A stretch of DNA of 64,000 nt, taken from the NCBI GenBank assembly GCA_963732385.1, contig CAVSZB010000007.1:1025685-1089684 (forward strand), given 5' to 3'. The notes beneath the pieces were generated by a model that did not search any database, was not told where the DNA came from, and was given only the letters and a program-made list of their open reading frames with translations. Shown here piece by piece: positions 18,966-28,302 of the stretch. This stretch comes from an uncultured bacterium. GTDB taxonomy: Bacteria > Krumholzibacteriota > Krumholzibacteriia > LZORAL124-64-63. The position numbers and the translations under genes are program-made. How positions within the stretch are numbered: position 1 is the stretch's first letter; every line of letters begins with the position of its first letter.

Positions 18966-20827
18966 CGCACGGCTCCCGGAACCGGGGCCGGCTCCGGCCG
19001 ATCCGGCACCGCCACCGGCGGCGAGAGTAGATTCTCCAGCGCCAGGTAGTACCGCCGCACCAGATCGCGATAGTCCGCCGGAGCCTTCGCCACGGACTCC
19101 TGACGGCGTTGGAAGAAGGGCGCCGCACCACCCGCCGAAGGGGCGTCCCCTTCGCCCTGCTGCCGCGCGAACGGCGTCCCCGCGGCGCGGCTCTCGCGTC
19201 GCCGGGTGAAATCGCGCTTGCGGACCGAATTGTGCGCATCGAGCAACCGGCCCAGGATCCGCTCCTGTCGCGCGAGCGTTTCGTCGTCGACGCGCCCCGC
19301 CCCCAGATCGTCGGCCACCCGTTCCATGTCTCGCGCCAGCTGGTCAAGATCGCCCAGCACCCGTTCGCCCGGAGGCGCGGTCCGCTCGCCACGCGCCAGC
19401 TCCTCCAGCCGGCCGGCGAGCCCCCCCTGCTCCGACTGCAGTCGCTGCATGCGGGCCCGCGCCTCCTGGCTCGGTCCCTGCTTCTGCATCTGGCGCTGCA
19501 GTTCCTGCGCCAGGGCGTTGAGTCCCGCCTGTTCCTGGGCCATCTGCTGCAACTGCCCGCTCGGCGTCGGCATGGCCCCCCCGCCGCCACTCCCCTGCCC
19601 GGTCTGCTGCGCGGCGGTGAGCAGATCGATCACGATCCGGTTGATCTTCCCGATGCTGTCCCGCGATTCGCGTCTGGCCATGGCGCCGGTCCGCTGCTCC
19701 AGCCCCTGCACGGCGCCGTTGAGCCCCCCCACGACGGCGTCCAGATCGCGCATCATCCGCATGGAGATCGCAGGCGATCGGGAGCCGACCTCCTGCATCC
19801 GGTCACGCACCCCGCGCGCCGCCCGCAGCACGCGGTTCTGGCGCCGCGCCAGATCCCCCAGCGCCACGCCACGCAACTCGGCCGGCACCGAGCCGGCGAT
19901 CTCCTCCTCGCGCTCGGAGAGGGCCAGCAGATCCGCGGCGATACGGCGCAGATTGACGGCGGTGTACTGCTGCATGGCCCCCTGCATCTGCATCTGTCCA
20001 CGCAGCAGGACGTGATAAAGCGCGGCCAGTTCGCGCAAAGCCTGCTGCTGCGGCTCCTGCGGCGGTGGCGACGGCGACGGCGGGGGGGGCGGCGGCGCGG
20101 AGAGTCGGCGCGACGCTTCCGCCATATCCTGATCGGGCCGCTGCTCCTGCAGCTGCTTCAGCGCCTCCTGCAGCGCCTCGCGCATCGCCTCGGCCGTTGG
20201 ACCGGCTTCCCGGTCAGGGGCGCGGTCACGGTCGCGCTCGAGCCGGTCGAGCGCCTCGCGCAGCCGCGCCTCGAGTTGGCGCACCTCCTCCGCAAGGGCG
20301 GTCTGGCGCTGCGCTTCCTCTGCCGACTGCGGCGACGGTATTGGCGCCGACTGCGGCGACGCCGGAGACGGCGCCTGCTCCGCCGACCCGGTCCGGCCCG
20401 CGTCGGTGCGCTTCCCTGTGCTGTCGGTCCCGGCGGCGTCGAGCAGGGCCTGTTGTTCTCGCAGCAGGCGCTCGACCACCGACGTCAGCCCCTCCATCTC
20501 CTGTTCCCGGGCCATCTCCTTCAGCAACCCGATGGCGCGGTCGAGACGCTCCTTGTACTCCTCCTGGTTCCGGGCGATCTGCTCCATGGCCTGCCGCACC
20601 TGCTCCGGAGACAGCCCGGCGGCCTGTTCACGCAACTGTTCCAGGAGCCGGTCCAGCTCCTCGCTGCGCACCTGTTCGATCAGCGCGGCGACCTCCTGCA
20701 TCTTCCCGAGCAGTTCGACCGAGTTCAGGTTGTCCTGCTCGAGGCGCGCGATATCCTGCTGCAGCGCCTGCGCCGCGTTCCGGTACTCGTCCTGCAGGGC
20801 GCGCTGCCGTTCGAGCGCCGCCTGCAC
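18962..20827 (-). CDS. Gln/Glu/Arg-rich coiled-coil protein; probably the 3' part of a frameshifted single gene together with 20725..22635
   Basis: It is 621 aa with heptad-like composition (ALERQRALQDEYRNAAQALQQDIARLEQ...). Upstream of the track start, the frame stays open and protein-like: ...QGEELTHELEKLDRDLRQDARAGWEQRQQ. Confidence 0.6.
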   Translation of the reverse strand: MQAALERQRALQDEYRNAAQALQQDIARLEQDNLNSVELLGKMQEVAALIEQVRSEELDRLLEQLREQAAGLSPEQVRQAMEQIARNQEEYKERLDRAIGLLKEMAREQEMEGLTSVVERLLREQQALLDAAGTDSTGKRTDAGRTGSAEQAPSPASPQSAPIPSPQSAEEAQRQTALAEEVRQLEARLREALDRLERDRDRAPDREAGPTAEAMREALQEALKQLQEQRPDQDMAEASRRLSAPPPPPPSPSPPPQEPQQQALRELAALYHVLLRGQMQMQGAMQQYTAVNLRRIAADLLALSEREEEIAGSVPAELRGVALGDLARRQNRVLRAARGVRDRMQEVGSRSPAISMRMMRDLDAVVGGLNGAVQGLEQRTGAMARRESRDSIGKINRIVIDLLTAAQQTGQGSGGGGAMPTPSGQLQQMAQEQAGLNALAQELQRQMQKQGPSQEARARMQRLQSEQGGLAGRLEELARGERTAPPGERVLGDLDQLARDMERVADDLGAGRVDDETLARQERILGRLLDAHNSVRKRDFTRRRESRAAGTPFARQQGEGDAPSAGGAAPFFQRRQESVAKAPADYRDLVRRYYLALENLLSPPVAVPDRPEPAPVPGAVR

Positions 20828-22635
20828 CTGCTGCCGCTGCTCCCACCCGGCGCGGGCGTCCTGCCGCAGATCCCGGTCGAGCTTCTCGAGTTCATGCGTG
20901 AGCTCTTCCCCCTGCGACGCAGCCCCTCCAGCGCCTCCACCCGGTCCCGGCCGCCACCCACCTCGTCGGCAAGGATCTCGGTCGCCGATGGCAGGGCCAG
21001 CCGCAGCACAGACGAACGGGTGCTGCCGGACGGGCCAGGCTCGCGGTTGTCGGTGACCTCGACACAGAGCGCGAGCACGTCCCCCGACCGGAGTTCAAGC
21101 CCCGCGGTTTCCAGCGCCAGCGGCAGGGCGAGCGGCCCGGCCGGGACGGCACCCGCGAGCGGTCCCGCGGCCACCGCGGCGGCGCCCCACGACGTTGCCA
21201 GGCCGAGGGCCCCTTCCCCGCCAGGGCCGTGCGGCGGCCAGATGGTGACGCGGCTCCAGTCCGGCCATTCACCGGCCGCCGTCTCCGCCGGCTCCCCCTC
21301 GCCACGTTCGCGGCGCAGCAGCAGATCGAGCCTGGTCACGCCATAGTCATCGCCGGCGCCGGCGACGAGCTCCACGTGCCCATCCCCCGGCAGGCGCCCG
21401 TCGTCGGCGGGACGCGTCAGAGTGGCCGCGGGCGGGGCGTCGGGAATCGCCTCGACGCCATAGGTCACGCGGGGGGAGTTCTCGAGACCGCGCCGATCGC
21501 GCAGCCGGACCGTGTAGACGAGCGCGTCCTTCACGACAGCGGCGCCGCGCAACGTGTCTCCCCGCACGACCAGCGGCACGGTATCGCCTCCGGCCGTGAC
21601 GACCACGGCGCGCGTGACCGCGCCCGCGGCGAGCCCCAGCCACGTCAGCCGGCTGCCGGAAGGCGCCTGCAGACGGCCCGGGAACCGCGCCATGGTCTGT
21701 GCCGGCAGGCGTGTGTAGGCGGGCGGCAGCAGCGTCCCGCCCCATACTCCCAGCAACGGCGGGTGGATGACAGTCACCGCGGCCTCGGCGGTGGTGGCGC
21801 CGTCACGACCGAAGCGGTAGACGAAGGACTCGCGCACATCCGGCAGAGTCGCCGACCAGGTTGTCCCCATCCGGCCGAACGGGGCGCGGGTCGGCGCGCA
21901 GGTCACCCGCTGCCACAGGCCGCTGCCGACACGCAGCTCGCAGGCCACCGGCGCACGATTGCGGCCGAGATCGCGCGCGGCAATGGTCACGTCGGCGCCG
22001 GCGATCACCTCGCGCGGTCCTTCGATCAGATAAATCCCTGCGCCGGGCGGGAGGCGTTCGTCGCGCAGCGGCAGCAGCAGCCGCAGGCCCCCGACCGCGA
22101 AGCGTTGCGGGGCCATCGCCCCGGCCCACAGGAGCAGACCGGCGGCCAGGGTCGCGCCGAGGATCGTCACCCAGGCGCCCGGCAGCGGCAGCCGTCGCCC
22201 CAGCCGGATTTCCAGCGTCCGGCCCAGCGCGGATGTGTACAGCCGGTCCACCAGCGCGGCCGACACGCCCGCCCCGGGGCCCCAGCGATCGGGCCGGCGG
22301 GCCGCCTCCTCCGCCGCCACGAGCAGGTTGTCCAGCCCGCCCCGCTGTTCGAGCTCGCGGCAGAGGGCGCCGCGATCCCGCAGACGCAGCAGAGGTCGCG
22401 CCAGTCGTGTCCAGGCCACGGCCGCCACGAGCGCCAGCGTGCAGACCAGCAGTCCGCCCCGCGCCGCCGCCGAAGGGGCAATCTCGCCACCGAGCGCCCA
22501 GGCGGCGACGATCCCGAGGAGCCCCGCCGCCGCCACGAGGGAGAGGACGCCGTGGAGCAGCACGCGGCGCCGCGCGGCGCCCAGCAGGCACCCGAGCTCA
22601 CGGTCGAATCGCCCCCGGGACTCTGTGTCGGCCAT
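20725..22635 (-). CDS. membrane protein (3 TM N-terminus plus large extracytoplasmic domain); probably the 5' part of a frameshifted gene continuing into 18962..20827
   Basis: The TM helices are VLLHGVLSLVAAAGLLGIVAAWALG, LLVCTLALVAAVAWT and AWVTILGATLAAGLLLWAGAM. The last ~60 residues (KSSRMNSRSSTGICGRTPAPGG...) are low-complexity, off-frame-looking sequence. They overlap the next ORF by 100 nt. Confidence 0.6.
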   Translation of the reverse strand: MADTESRGRFDRELGCLLGAARRRVLLHGVLSLVAAAGLLGIVAAWALGGEIAPSAAARGGLLVCTLALVAAVAWTRLARPLLRLRDRGALCRELEQRGGLDNLLVAAEEAARRPDRWGPGAGVSAALVDRLYTSALGRTLEIRLGRRLPLPGAWVTILGATLAAGLLLWAGAMAPQRFAVGGLRLLLPLRDERLPPGAGIYLIEGPREVIAGADVTIAARDLGRNRAPVACELRVGSGLWQRVTCAPTRAPFGRMGTTWSATLPDVRESFVYRFGRDGATTAEAAVTVIHPPLLGVWGGTLLPPAYTRLPAQTMARFPGRLQAPSGSRLTWLGLAAGAVTRAVVVTAGGDTVPLVVRGDTLRGAAVVKDALVYTVRLRDRRGLENSPRVTYGVEAIPDAPPAATLTRPADDGRLPGDGHVELVAGAGDDYGVTRLDLLLRRERGEGEPAETAAGEWPDWSRVTIWPPHGPGGEGALGLATSWGAAAVAAGPLAGAVPAGPLALPLALETAGLELRSGDVLALCVEVTDNREPGPSGSTRSSVLRLALPSATEILADEVGGGRDRVEALEGLRRRGKSSRMNSRSSTGICGRTPAPGGSSGSRCRRRSNGSAPCRTSTGTRRRRCSRISRASSRTT

Positions 22636-22663
22636 CGTTGCTCCCGCCGCGCCGCGCGTCGGT

Positions 22664-23359
22664 TCAGGGACTGGTCAGGGCGTACATGAGAACGTTCACG
22701 GCCATCCGGACCGCCGCCTCGCGGAGCGCGGGCGGATCGCCGTGCACCTCCGGATCTTCCAGCCCGTCCCCGATGTCGCTGGAGAAACTGTAGAAGACGA
22801 CCAGACGACCGCCACGATATACGCCGAACCCTTGCGCCGGTTCCCCGTCGTGTTCGTGGATCTTGGGCAGGCCCGGCAGATCATAGAAGGCGTGGTAGAT
22901 CGGATCGTCCGAGCCGACCCGCCGCAGCGGCGCGTCGGGATAGAGCCGCACCATCAATTCCCGGAACGACGCATCCAGACCATAGTTGTCGTCGGCCCAG
23001 AGGAAGCCCCCCGCCTCGAGGTAGCGCCGCAGGACCGTCAGTTCCGCCTCCGCGAGCGCAATGCGGCCGTGTCCGGTCAGATACAGCAGCGGATAGCGGT
23101 GGAGGTCCTCACTGTCGAGGGCGACGACCGCCTCCTCGCGCGCGGTCGGCAGCCCGGTGCGCGCGGCGAACTGCTCCAGCCAGTTCGGCAGCGAACTGGG
23201 ATTGGCGTACCAGTCACCCCCGCCCGGATAGCGCAGCCGTCCCACCTGGAGATCGGATTCGGCCGCCGCCGCGACCGGGATACCGGCCACGCCGGCGAGC
23301 AGGGCCAGCACGACCGCACCCGCCACCGCGAGGGCGGCCGCGGCGCGGCTGGGGGCCAT
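22664..23359 (-). CDS. DUF4159-like secreted protein (GATase1-like; a family I recall as associated with MoxR/vWA Bat-type operons)
   Basis: The signal peptide is MAPSRAAAALAVAGAVVLALLAGVAGIPVAAAAE. The conserved blocks are RYPGGGDWYANP, YPLLYLTGHG and GGFLWADDNYG. I chose the start as the Met giving a canonical signal peptide and no overlap with the HK upstream. Confidence 0.6.
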   Translation of the reverse strand: MAPSRAAAALAVAGAVVLALLAGVAGIPVAAAAESDLQVGRLRYPGGGDWYANPSSLPNWLEQFAARTGLPTAREEAVVALDSEDLHRYPLLYLTGHGRIALAEAELTVLRRYLEAGGFLWADDNYGLDASFRELMVRLYPDAPLRRVGSDDPIYHAFYDLPGLPKIHEHDGEPAQGFGVYRGGRLVVFYSFSSDIGDGLEDPEVHGDPPALREAAVRMAVNVLMYALTSP

Positions 23360-23372
23360 CCGCCGGGCGGCC

Positions 23373-26300
23373 TCAGGGCCGGTGCTCATCCTCCCCCACC
23401 TCCTCGCCGCCGGTACCGGCGCGGTCAAAACCCTGTGCCGCGCGCGGCAGGGTCACCGCCACCACCGCGCCGCCGCTATCGGCCCGATTGGAGAGCGCGA
23501 TGCGTCCCCCCATGCGGTCGAGCAGGCTGCGGCAGATCGCCAGGCCGAGTCCGGTGCCCTGGCTCTTGGTGGAGAAATACAGTTCGAACAGGCGGTCGGC
23601 CATGTCCGGCGGAACGCCGGGCCCGTTGTCCTCCCAGAGCAGCGTCACTTCGCGCTCCCCGATCTCCCACCGGACCCGCAACTCCAGGCGGGATGGCTCC
23701 CCCACCGCCTGCAGAGAGTTCTCCATCAGGTTGCCCAGCACCTTCCCGATCGCCTCGGCATCGGCCAGCACCGGCGGCACGGCATCGGGATCGATCGTGA
23801 CCCGCGGACCGACGCCCACTACTCCACCGGCGCGGTAGCGCGCCGTCACCTGTCGCGCGGCGTCCGGCAGGTCCAGTGGCGCCACCGGCAGCGCGCCCGG
23901 CTTGCCGAGCAGGCTGAACTCGATGGCGATAGCGCGCAACAGCGCCACCTGTTCCAGCACCTGGCGCACCGTGTCGCGCACGATCCCGTCCAGCTCCGGA
24001 GCACGGTCGCGGTAGGCCTGCTCCAGGAACTGGACCGAAAGCTGGATCGGCGTGAGCGGATTCTTGATCTCGTGCGCCACCTGTTGCGCCAGTTCGGAAT
24101 TCAGCGCCAGCCGCTTGTTGTCGAGAAACTCCGTCACATCCTCGCAGACAAGCAGCGTGTCCGAGCGTCCGTCCGGCAGACGCAGGGGGGCGACCCGGCC
24201 GCGCACGATGCGCCGGCCATCGGCCGCGCGCAGTTCAGCCTCCCCCTGCGGCACGTCACCCAGTCGGGCGCGCAGGCCGGCCAGCAGCGCCCGCACCCGC
24301 CCCTCGCGGCCCGCACCGGCGCCGCCCGCGAAGGCGTCCGCGATCGCAACGGCGGCCGGATTGAGCGCCGTCACGCCGCCGTCGGCGCCAAACACCGCCA
24401 CGCCGACCGGCACGTGCTCCAGAATCGTGGCGAGGAAGCGCTCCCGCTCGGCCACCGTCCGCTGCGCCTGGGCCAGATCGTCGCGCATGCTGCGGTAGGC
24501 CGCGCTCAACAGGCCGATCTCGTCGCCGCCGCTCTCTGGCAGCGGCGCCGCGAAGTCCCCTGTCGCGAGACTGCGCGTGGCGGTGACCAGCACGCGCACC
24601 GGGCCGAAGATCTTCCAGGCGAGCGCCAGCGCCAGGGCCGCGGCCGCCAGGAAGATGAGCGCCGCCAGGCCAACCAGGAAAAGCGCCATCCGCTCCCGCT
24701 GCCCTGCGAGGTCGCGCTCCCGGGCCGGGAACGTCACCGACAGGGCGGCCGGCACGGGACGGCGCCGCAGGCCCGGCGCGCCGGAATCGACCGCGAGGGC
24801 CGGCAGCGCCACAGTCGCCGTGTAGGAGAGCCACGTGCCAGGCGCCGCGGCCAGCGCGGGGCTGCCGGGGTAGAGCGCGATCTGGCGCGCCGTGACGGGC
24901 GGCAGGAGCGCCGGAACCGCCCCCGCGAACAGCCGCTCGGGGTGGCTGGCGAGCACCGTCGCACCGCCCGCGCTCAACGCCACCTCCCCCTGGATGATCT
25001 CGGCCAGGCCGTTCATCAGACCGGAATCGACCCGTTGCCGGTAGAAGAAGAAGCCGTCACGGCGTTCGTCGGCAAGGCTGTCGGCCGGCGCAGCACGGCC
25101 GGACGACGGCGCGAATCCGGACAGATCGACCGGCACGACGAGTCCCAGGTACAGGACATCGCCCGACTCCATGAGGATGAGCGGCGCCGCGCGCGCTGCC
25201 GCCAGGAACCGCCGCGCCTCTTCCGCGTCGAGATCGCTGAGGGTCTCGTCAAGCAGCAGTTCGCCATCGCCCGTGAATACCATCGCCTGGCGCACCGAGA
25301 ACGGCCCGAGCGGGCGCTGTCCGGCCAGCCGGCTCGCCAGCAGGTCGGCGATGTACTCGCTGCCGGCCAGGGCCCGCGCCTGTTCGCTCAGCAGGCCCTG
25401 CAACTGCGCGACGGCCGCCTCGATCCCGTCGCGGGTCTGCTCGCGTGCGCCCGCCGCCAGTCCCTGCACGGTGAGACGATCCATGAACAGTCCGGCCAGC
25501 AGCAGCGGCAGCAGGCCGAGCACCAGCACCGCCGCGAGGAACCGCTGCTGGAAACCGAGCGACGGCCGGGGCCGGCGCGCCAGCCGCAGCGGCAGCAGCG
25601 GCGCAACCAGGCACGCGGCGAGCAGCAGATCGAGCAGGACCAGGCGGGAGGCGTCGAGCAGGCGATCCGCCAGACGCGGTCGTTCGAGTCCGAGCAGGAA
25701 CCCCTCGCCGGGCGAGCCGGCGGCCGGCTCCGGCAGGCGTTTCCAGAGACAGCGGTACGCCAATCCGCCCGCGCGCACCGTGGCCCAGCGCGCGCGGCCG
25801 GCCTTGAGCACGCCGGTGACAGCGGTCTCGTCCGCGTCGGGAAAGAGGCCGGGGCCCGCGTCGAGCCAGCCGCGATCGTCTCCGCGCAGGAGCAGAATCG
25901 CGCGGTCCACCTCGGCTCGCGGCACGTAGCCGGACGCCCCCGCCGGCGACGGCGTCCCCTCCAGACGGGCCAGCAGCGTGCGGATGCGCCGCGACTGCAC
26001 CGGCAACTCGATCCTGATCCAGCCGCCCCCGCCGGCCCTGGGCACCTCTCCGCGCAGGATCCACTCCTCGCCGGAAGGATAGCGGCGCCGCTCCGTCTGC
26101 GTGCGCAGCCCGGCCGGGATCAGGCCGCCCTCCTCCGGCGAGACCACGGTCAGCCACACCCCACGCTCGCCGACTTCGTAACGGAAGTCGCGGAAGAAGC
26201 CGGAGGCGAACAGACTTTCCCGCTCCCCGTACGGGTCGATCAGTTCCACCAGGCAGGGCAGGCCGAGATCGCCAAGATCCGACCTCCGCCACAGTTCGTA

Positions 26301-28271
26301 AGCGGACCAGTCGCGCCAGACACCGGTGGGGGGCGGCGCGCCGCTCCCGGTCAAAGCGCTGACGCCCGGCTCGGCGCTGGCCATGCCAGACAGAGCGTCC
26401 CCCAGCAGGAACCGCGTCCACTCCTGCTGCGGGAGAACGATTTCGTCCCCCTTGCGTTCGAGCCAGGCCACTTCCGCACGCCCGTAGGCTCCGGCAAGCG
26501 CGGCGTAGTTCCAGACCACGATCACCACCGCCGCGGCGAGCAACGTCAGCCGCTGCGACGCAGTGTACGACACCCCGGCCGCTGCGAGCGCGGGACCGCG
26601 CGCGCGGCCGGTCACCCAGATGAGCAGCACCAGCAGCGGCAGGAGCGCACGCGTCACCAATTCCAGACCGGGAAACCCGACCCCCACGGCCACCGCGGAC
26701 AGCAGGACGGCGACCAGATCGGTGCGGCGACCACCCGCGCGGGCCAGACGTCGCGCACCGGCGTGCAGCAGAGTCAACAACGTCCCGGCGCCGAGCAGGA
26801 GCACCAGGTGCAACGCCCAGAAACTCAGCGACCGGTACGGGGCCTTCAATCCGATGAGCCGGGGATTGGCGTTTTCCGCCACGGTGAAGACGAACGCCCG
26901 CAGCAGCAGCAGACCGCCCGCAGCCAGCAGGCCCCAAACCACGGCGCGCCACAAGACGGCCGGTCGGGGCGCCCCCGTCGCGGCGTCGTCCGCCGGACCG
27001 CCACTCGCCAAACGCCGCGCGATCAGCACCGCCACGCCCGCCGCCAGCAGCACGGTGAGCACCGCGTCCGCCGACGACGCCAGGCCGCCGCCCAGCGTCG
27101 GGGTGGCGAAGTAGGCGGGGTCGAGCAGGCTGGACGGATCACCGGGCAACGCCGGCAGCTCTCCCCCGGGAAAGGCCGGTTGCACCCAGCGCACCGCGTC
27201 TGCCCGCGCCAGCAGCAGGCGCGCCCCTACCGCCCCGGTCAGCGCCAGCACAACGCCTCCCCGGGCCGCGCCCCAGGCGACGAACCCCACCGCCAGAATC
27301 AGCAGCCAGAGCAACAGCCGACGCGCAGCGGTCTGGTGGGTCTGGACGGCGAGGGACGGCGCGACCAGCGTCAGCCGCAGCCAGAGGGCGCGGCCCGCCT
27401 CGTCGGGATCCGGCAGCGGCAGATCCACGCCGGCGTACAGGCCGTTGGCGGCGTCATCGGCGACGAACGGCTGCTCGCCCGCGGGCGAATCGACGACGCG
27501 CGCCAGCCCGCCGGCCTGCGCCGCGATCTCCCGACCACCGGCCGGGTCGCGCCCGTCACCGGCGACCGTTGCCGGCGCCAAACGCACCTGCATCTCCAGC
27601 ACCGAGGAACCGCCGCCCGGCGTCACCGCGATCCGCCGGAAGCGGCGCCAGGTCCAGGCGTCGCGGTCCCGCTCGATGACCCCCGCCGCGCCTTCGGTCG
27701 CGGCCCGCGCCAGCGCCGGCATCGCCGCCAGCGGGGCCGCGCCGGCGTCCCAGGCAACCCGCTCCCCGTCGCGCCAGAGCGCGAGGCCAAGCGGGAAGCG
27801 AGCCGCCGCGCTGCCCCGGCGCGTCCAGCCCGCCGCCAGACGCTGCAGGACCGTGAAGGGATCGGCCGCCGCCACCTCGCGCACGGAAGCCGCGCTCGCC
27901 AGGGCGTCGAACGCGGCGGTCAGTTCCGTAAGTGTGGGAGCCAGCGTGCTGGCGCGCGCCGCGAGGGCTGCGCGATCGTGCCGGGCCCGCACGTCGGGTG
28001 GTTCCTGGCGCACCAAAGGGAGAGCGGCCACGGCCAGGGCGGCGAATTGCGCGAGTAGCAGCAGACCCAGCGCAGCGCGCCGACGTCCCGTAACAACCGG
28101 CCACCACAGCCAGACTCCGCCAAGGACGAACAACGTGGCGGCGAACAGCAGGGCCGGCGGATCGAGGCGCGGCAGATGACCACCGGCCACTGCAAGCGCC
28201 ACCGGCAGGGCCTGCAGGAGCAGACCGGCCACCGCGAGGCTGGCCCCGAGCCGCGCACGTCCGGGATTCAT
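23373..28271 (-). CDS. giant (1632 aa) polytopic sensor histidine kinase with no adjacent cognate regulator: about 18-20 TM segments with interspersed periplasmic domains, then HAMP, PAS, HisKA and HATPase_c
   Basis: HAMP is ALALAWKIFGPVRVLVTATRSLATGDF...IGLLSAAYRSMRDDL. The H-box is AHEIKNPLTPIQLSVQFLEQA. The N-box is LGNLMENSLQAV. G1/G2 are WEDNGPGVP...GTGLGLAICRSLL. The N-terminal 1150 aa alternate hydrophobic helices with soluble segments. Confidence 0.75.
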   Translation of the reverse strand: MNPGRARLGASLAVAGLLLQALPVALAVAGGHLPRLDPPALLFAATLFVLGGVWLWWPVVTGRRRAALGLLLLAQFAALAVAALPLVRQEPPDVRARHDRAALAARASTLAPTLTELTAAFDALASAASVREVAAADPFTVLQRLAAGWTRRGSAAARFPLGLALWRDGERVAWDAGAAPLAAMPALARAATEGAAGVIERDRDAWTWRRFRRIAVTPGGGSSVLEMQVRLAPATVAGDGRDPAGGREIAAQAGGLARVVDSPAGEQPFVADDAANGLYAGVDLPLPDPDEAGRALWLRLTLVAPSLAVQTHQTAARRLLLWLLILAVGFVAWGAARGGVVLALTGAVGARLLLARADAVRWVQPAFPGGELPALPGDPSSLLDPAYFATPTLGGGLASSADAVLTVLLAAGVAVLIARRLASGGPADDAATGAPRPAVLWRAVVWGLLAAGGLLLLRAFVFTVAENANPRLIGLKAPYRSLSFWALHLVLLLGAGTLLTLLHAGARRLARAGGRRTDLVAVLLSAVAVGVGFPGLELVTRALLPLLVLLIWVTGRARGPALAAAGVSYTASQRLTLLAAAVVIVVWNYAALAGAYGRAEVAWLERKGDEIVLPQQEWTRFLLGDALSGMASAEPGVSALTGSGAPPPTGVWRDWSAYELWRRSDLGDLGLPCLVELIDPYGERESLFASGFFRDFRYEVGERGVWLTVVSPEEGGLIPAGLRTQTERRRYPSGEEWILRGEVPRAGGGGWIRIELPVQSRRIRTLLARLEGTPSPAGASGYVPRAEVDRAILLLRGDDRGWLDAGPGLFPDADETAVTGVLKAGRARWATVRAGGLAYRCLWKRLPEPAAGSPGEGFLLGLERPRLADRLLDASRLVLLDLLLAACLVAPLLPLRLARRPRPSLGFQQRFLAAVLVLGLLPLLLAGLFMDRLTVQGLAAGAREQTRDGIEAAVAQLQGLLSEQARALAGSEYIADLLASRLAGQRPLGPFSVRQAMVFTGDGELLLDETLSDLDAEEARRFLAAARAAPLILMESGDVLYLGLVVPVDLSGFAPSSGRAAPADSLADERRDGFFFYRQRVDSGLMNGLAEIIQGEVALSAGGATVLASHPERLFAGAVPALLPPVTARQIALYPGSPALAAAPGTWLSYTATVALPALAVDSGAPGLRRRPVPAALSVTFPARERDLAGQRERMALFLVGLAALIFLAAAALALALAWKIFGPVRVLVTATRSLATGDFAAPLPESGGDEIGLLSAAYRSMRDDLAQAQRTVAERERFLATILEHVPVGVAVFGADGGVTALNPAAVAIADAFAGGAGAGREGRVRALLAGLRARLGDVPQGEAELRAADGRRIVRGRVAPLRLPDGRSDTLLVCEDVTEFLDNKRLALNSELAQQVAHEIKNPLTPIQLSVQFLEQAYRDRAPELDGIVRDTVRQVLEQVALLRAIAIEFSLLGKPGALPVAPLDLPDAARQVTARYRAGGVVGVGPRVTIDPDAVPPVLADAEAIGKVLGNLMENSLQAVGEPSRLELRVRWEIGEREVTLLWEDNGPGVPPDMADRLFELYFSTKSQGTGLGLAICRSLLDRMGGRIALSNRADSGGAVVAVTLPRAAQGFDRAGTGGEEVGEDEHRP

Positions 28272-28302
28272 CGGATGGCGGCCTCCCGCGTCACGCAGGG
28301 AC

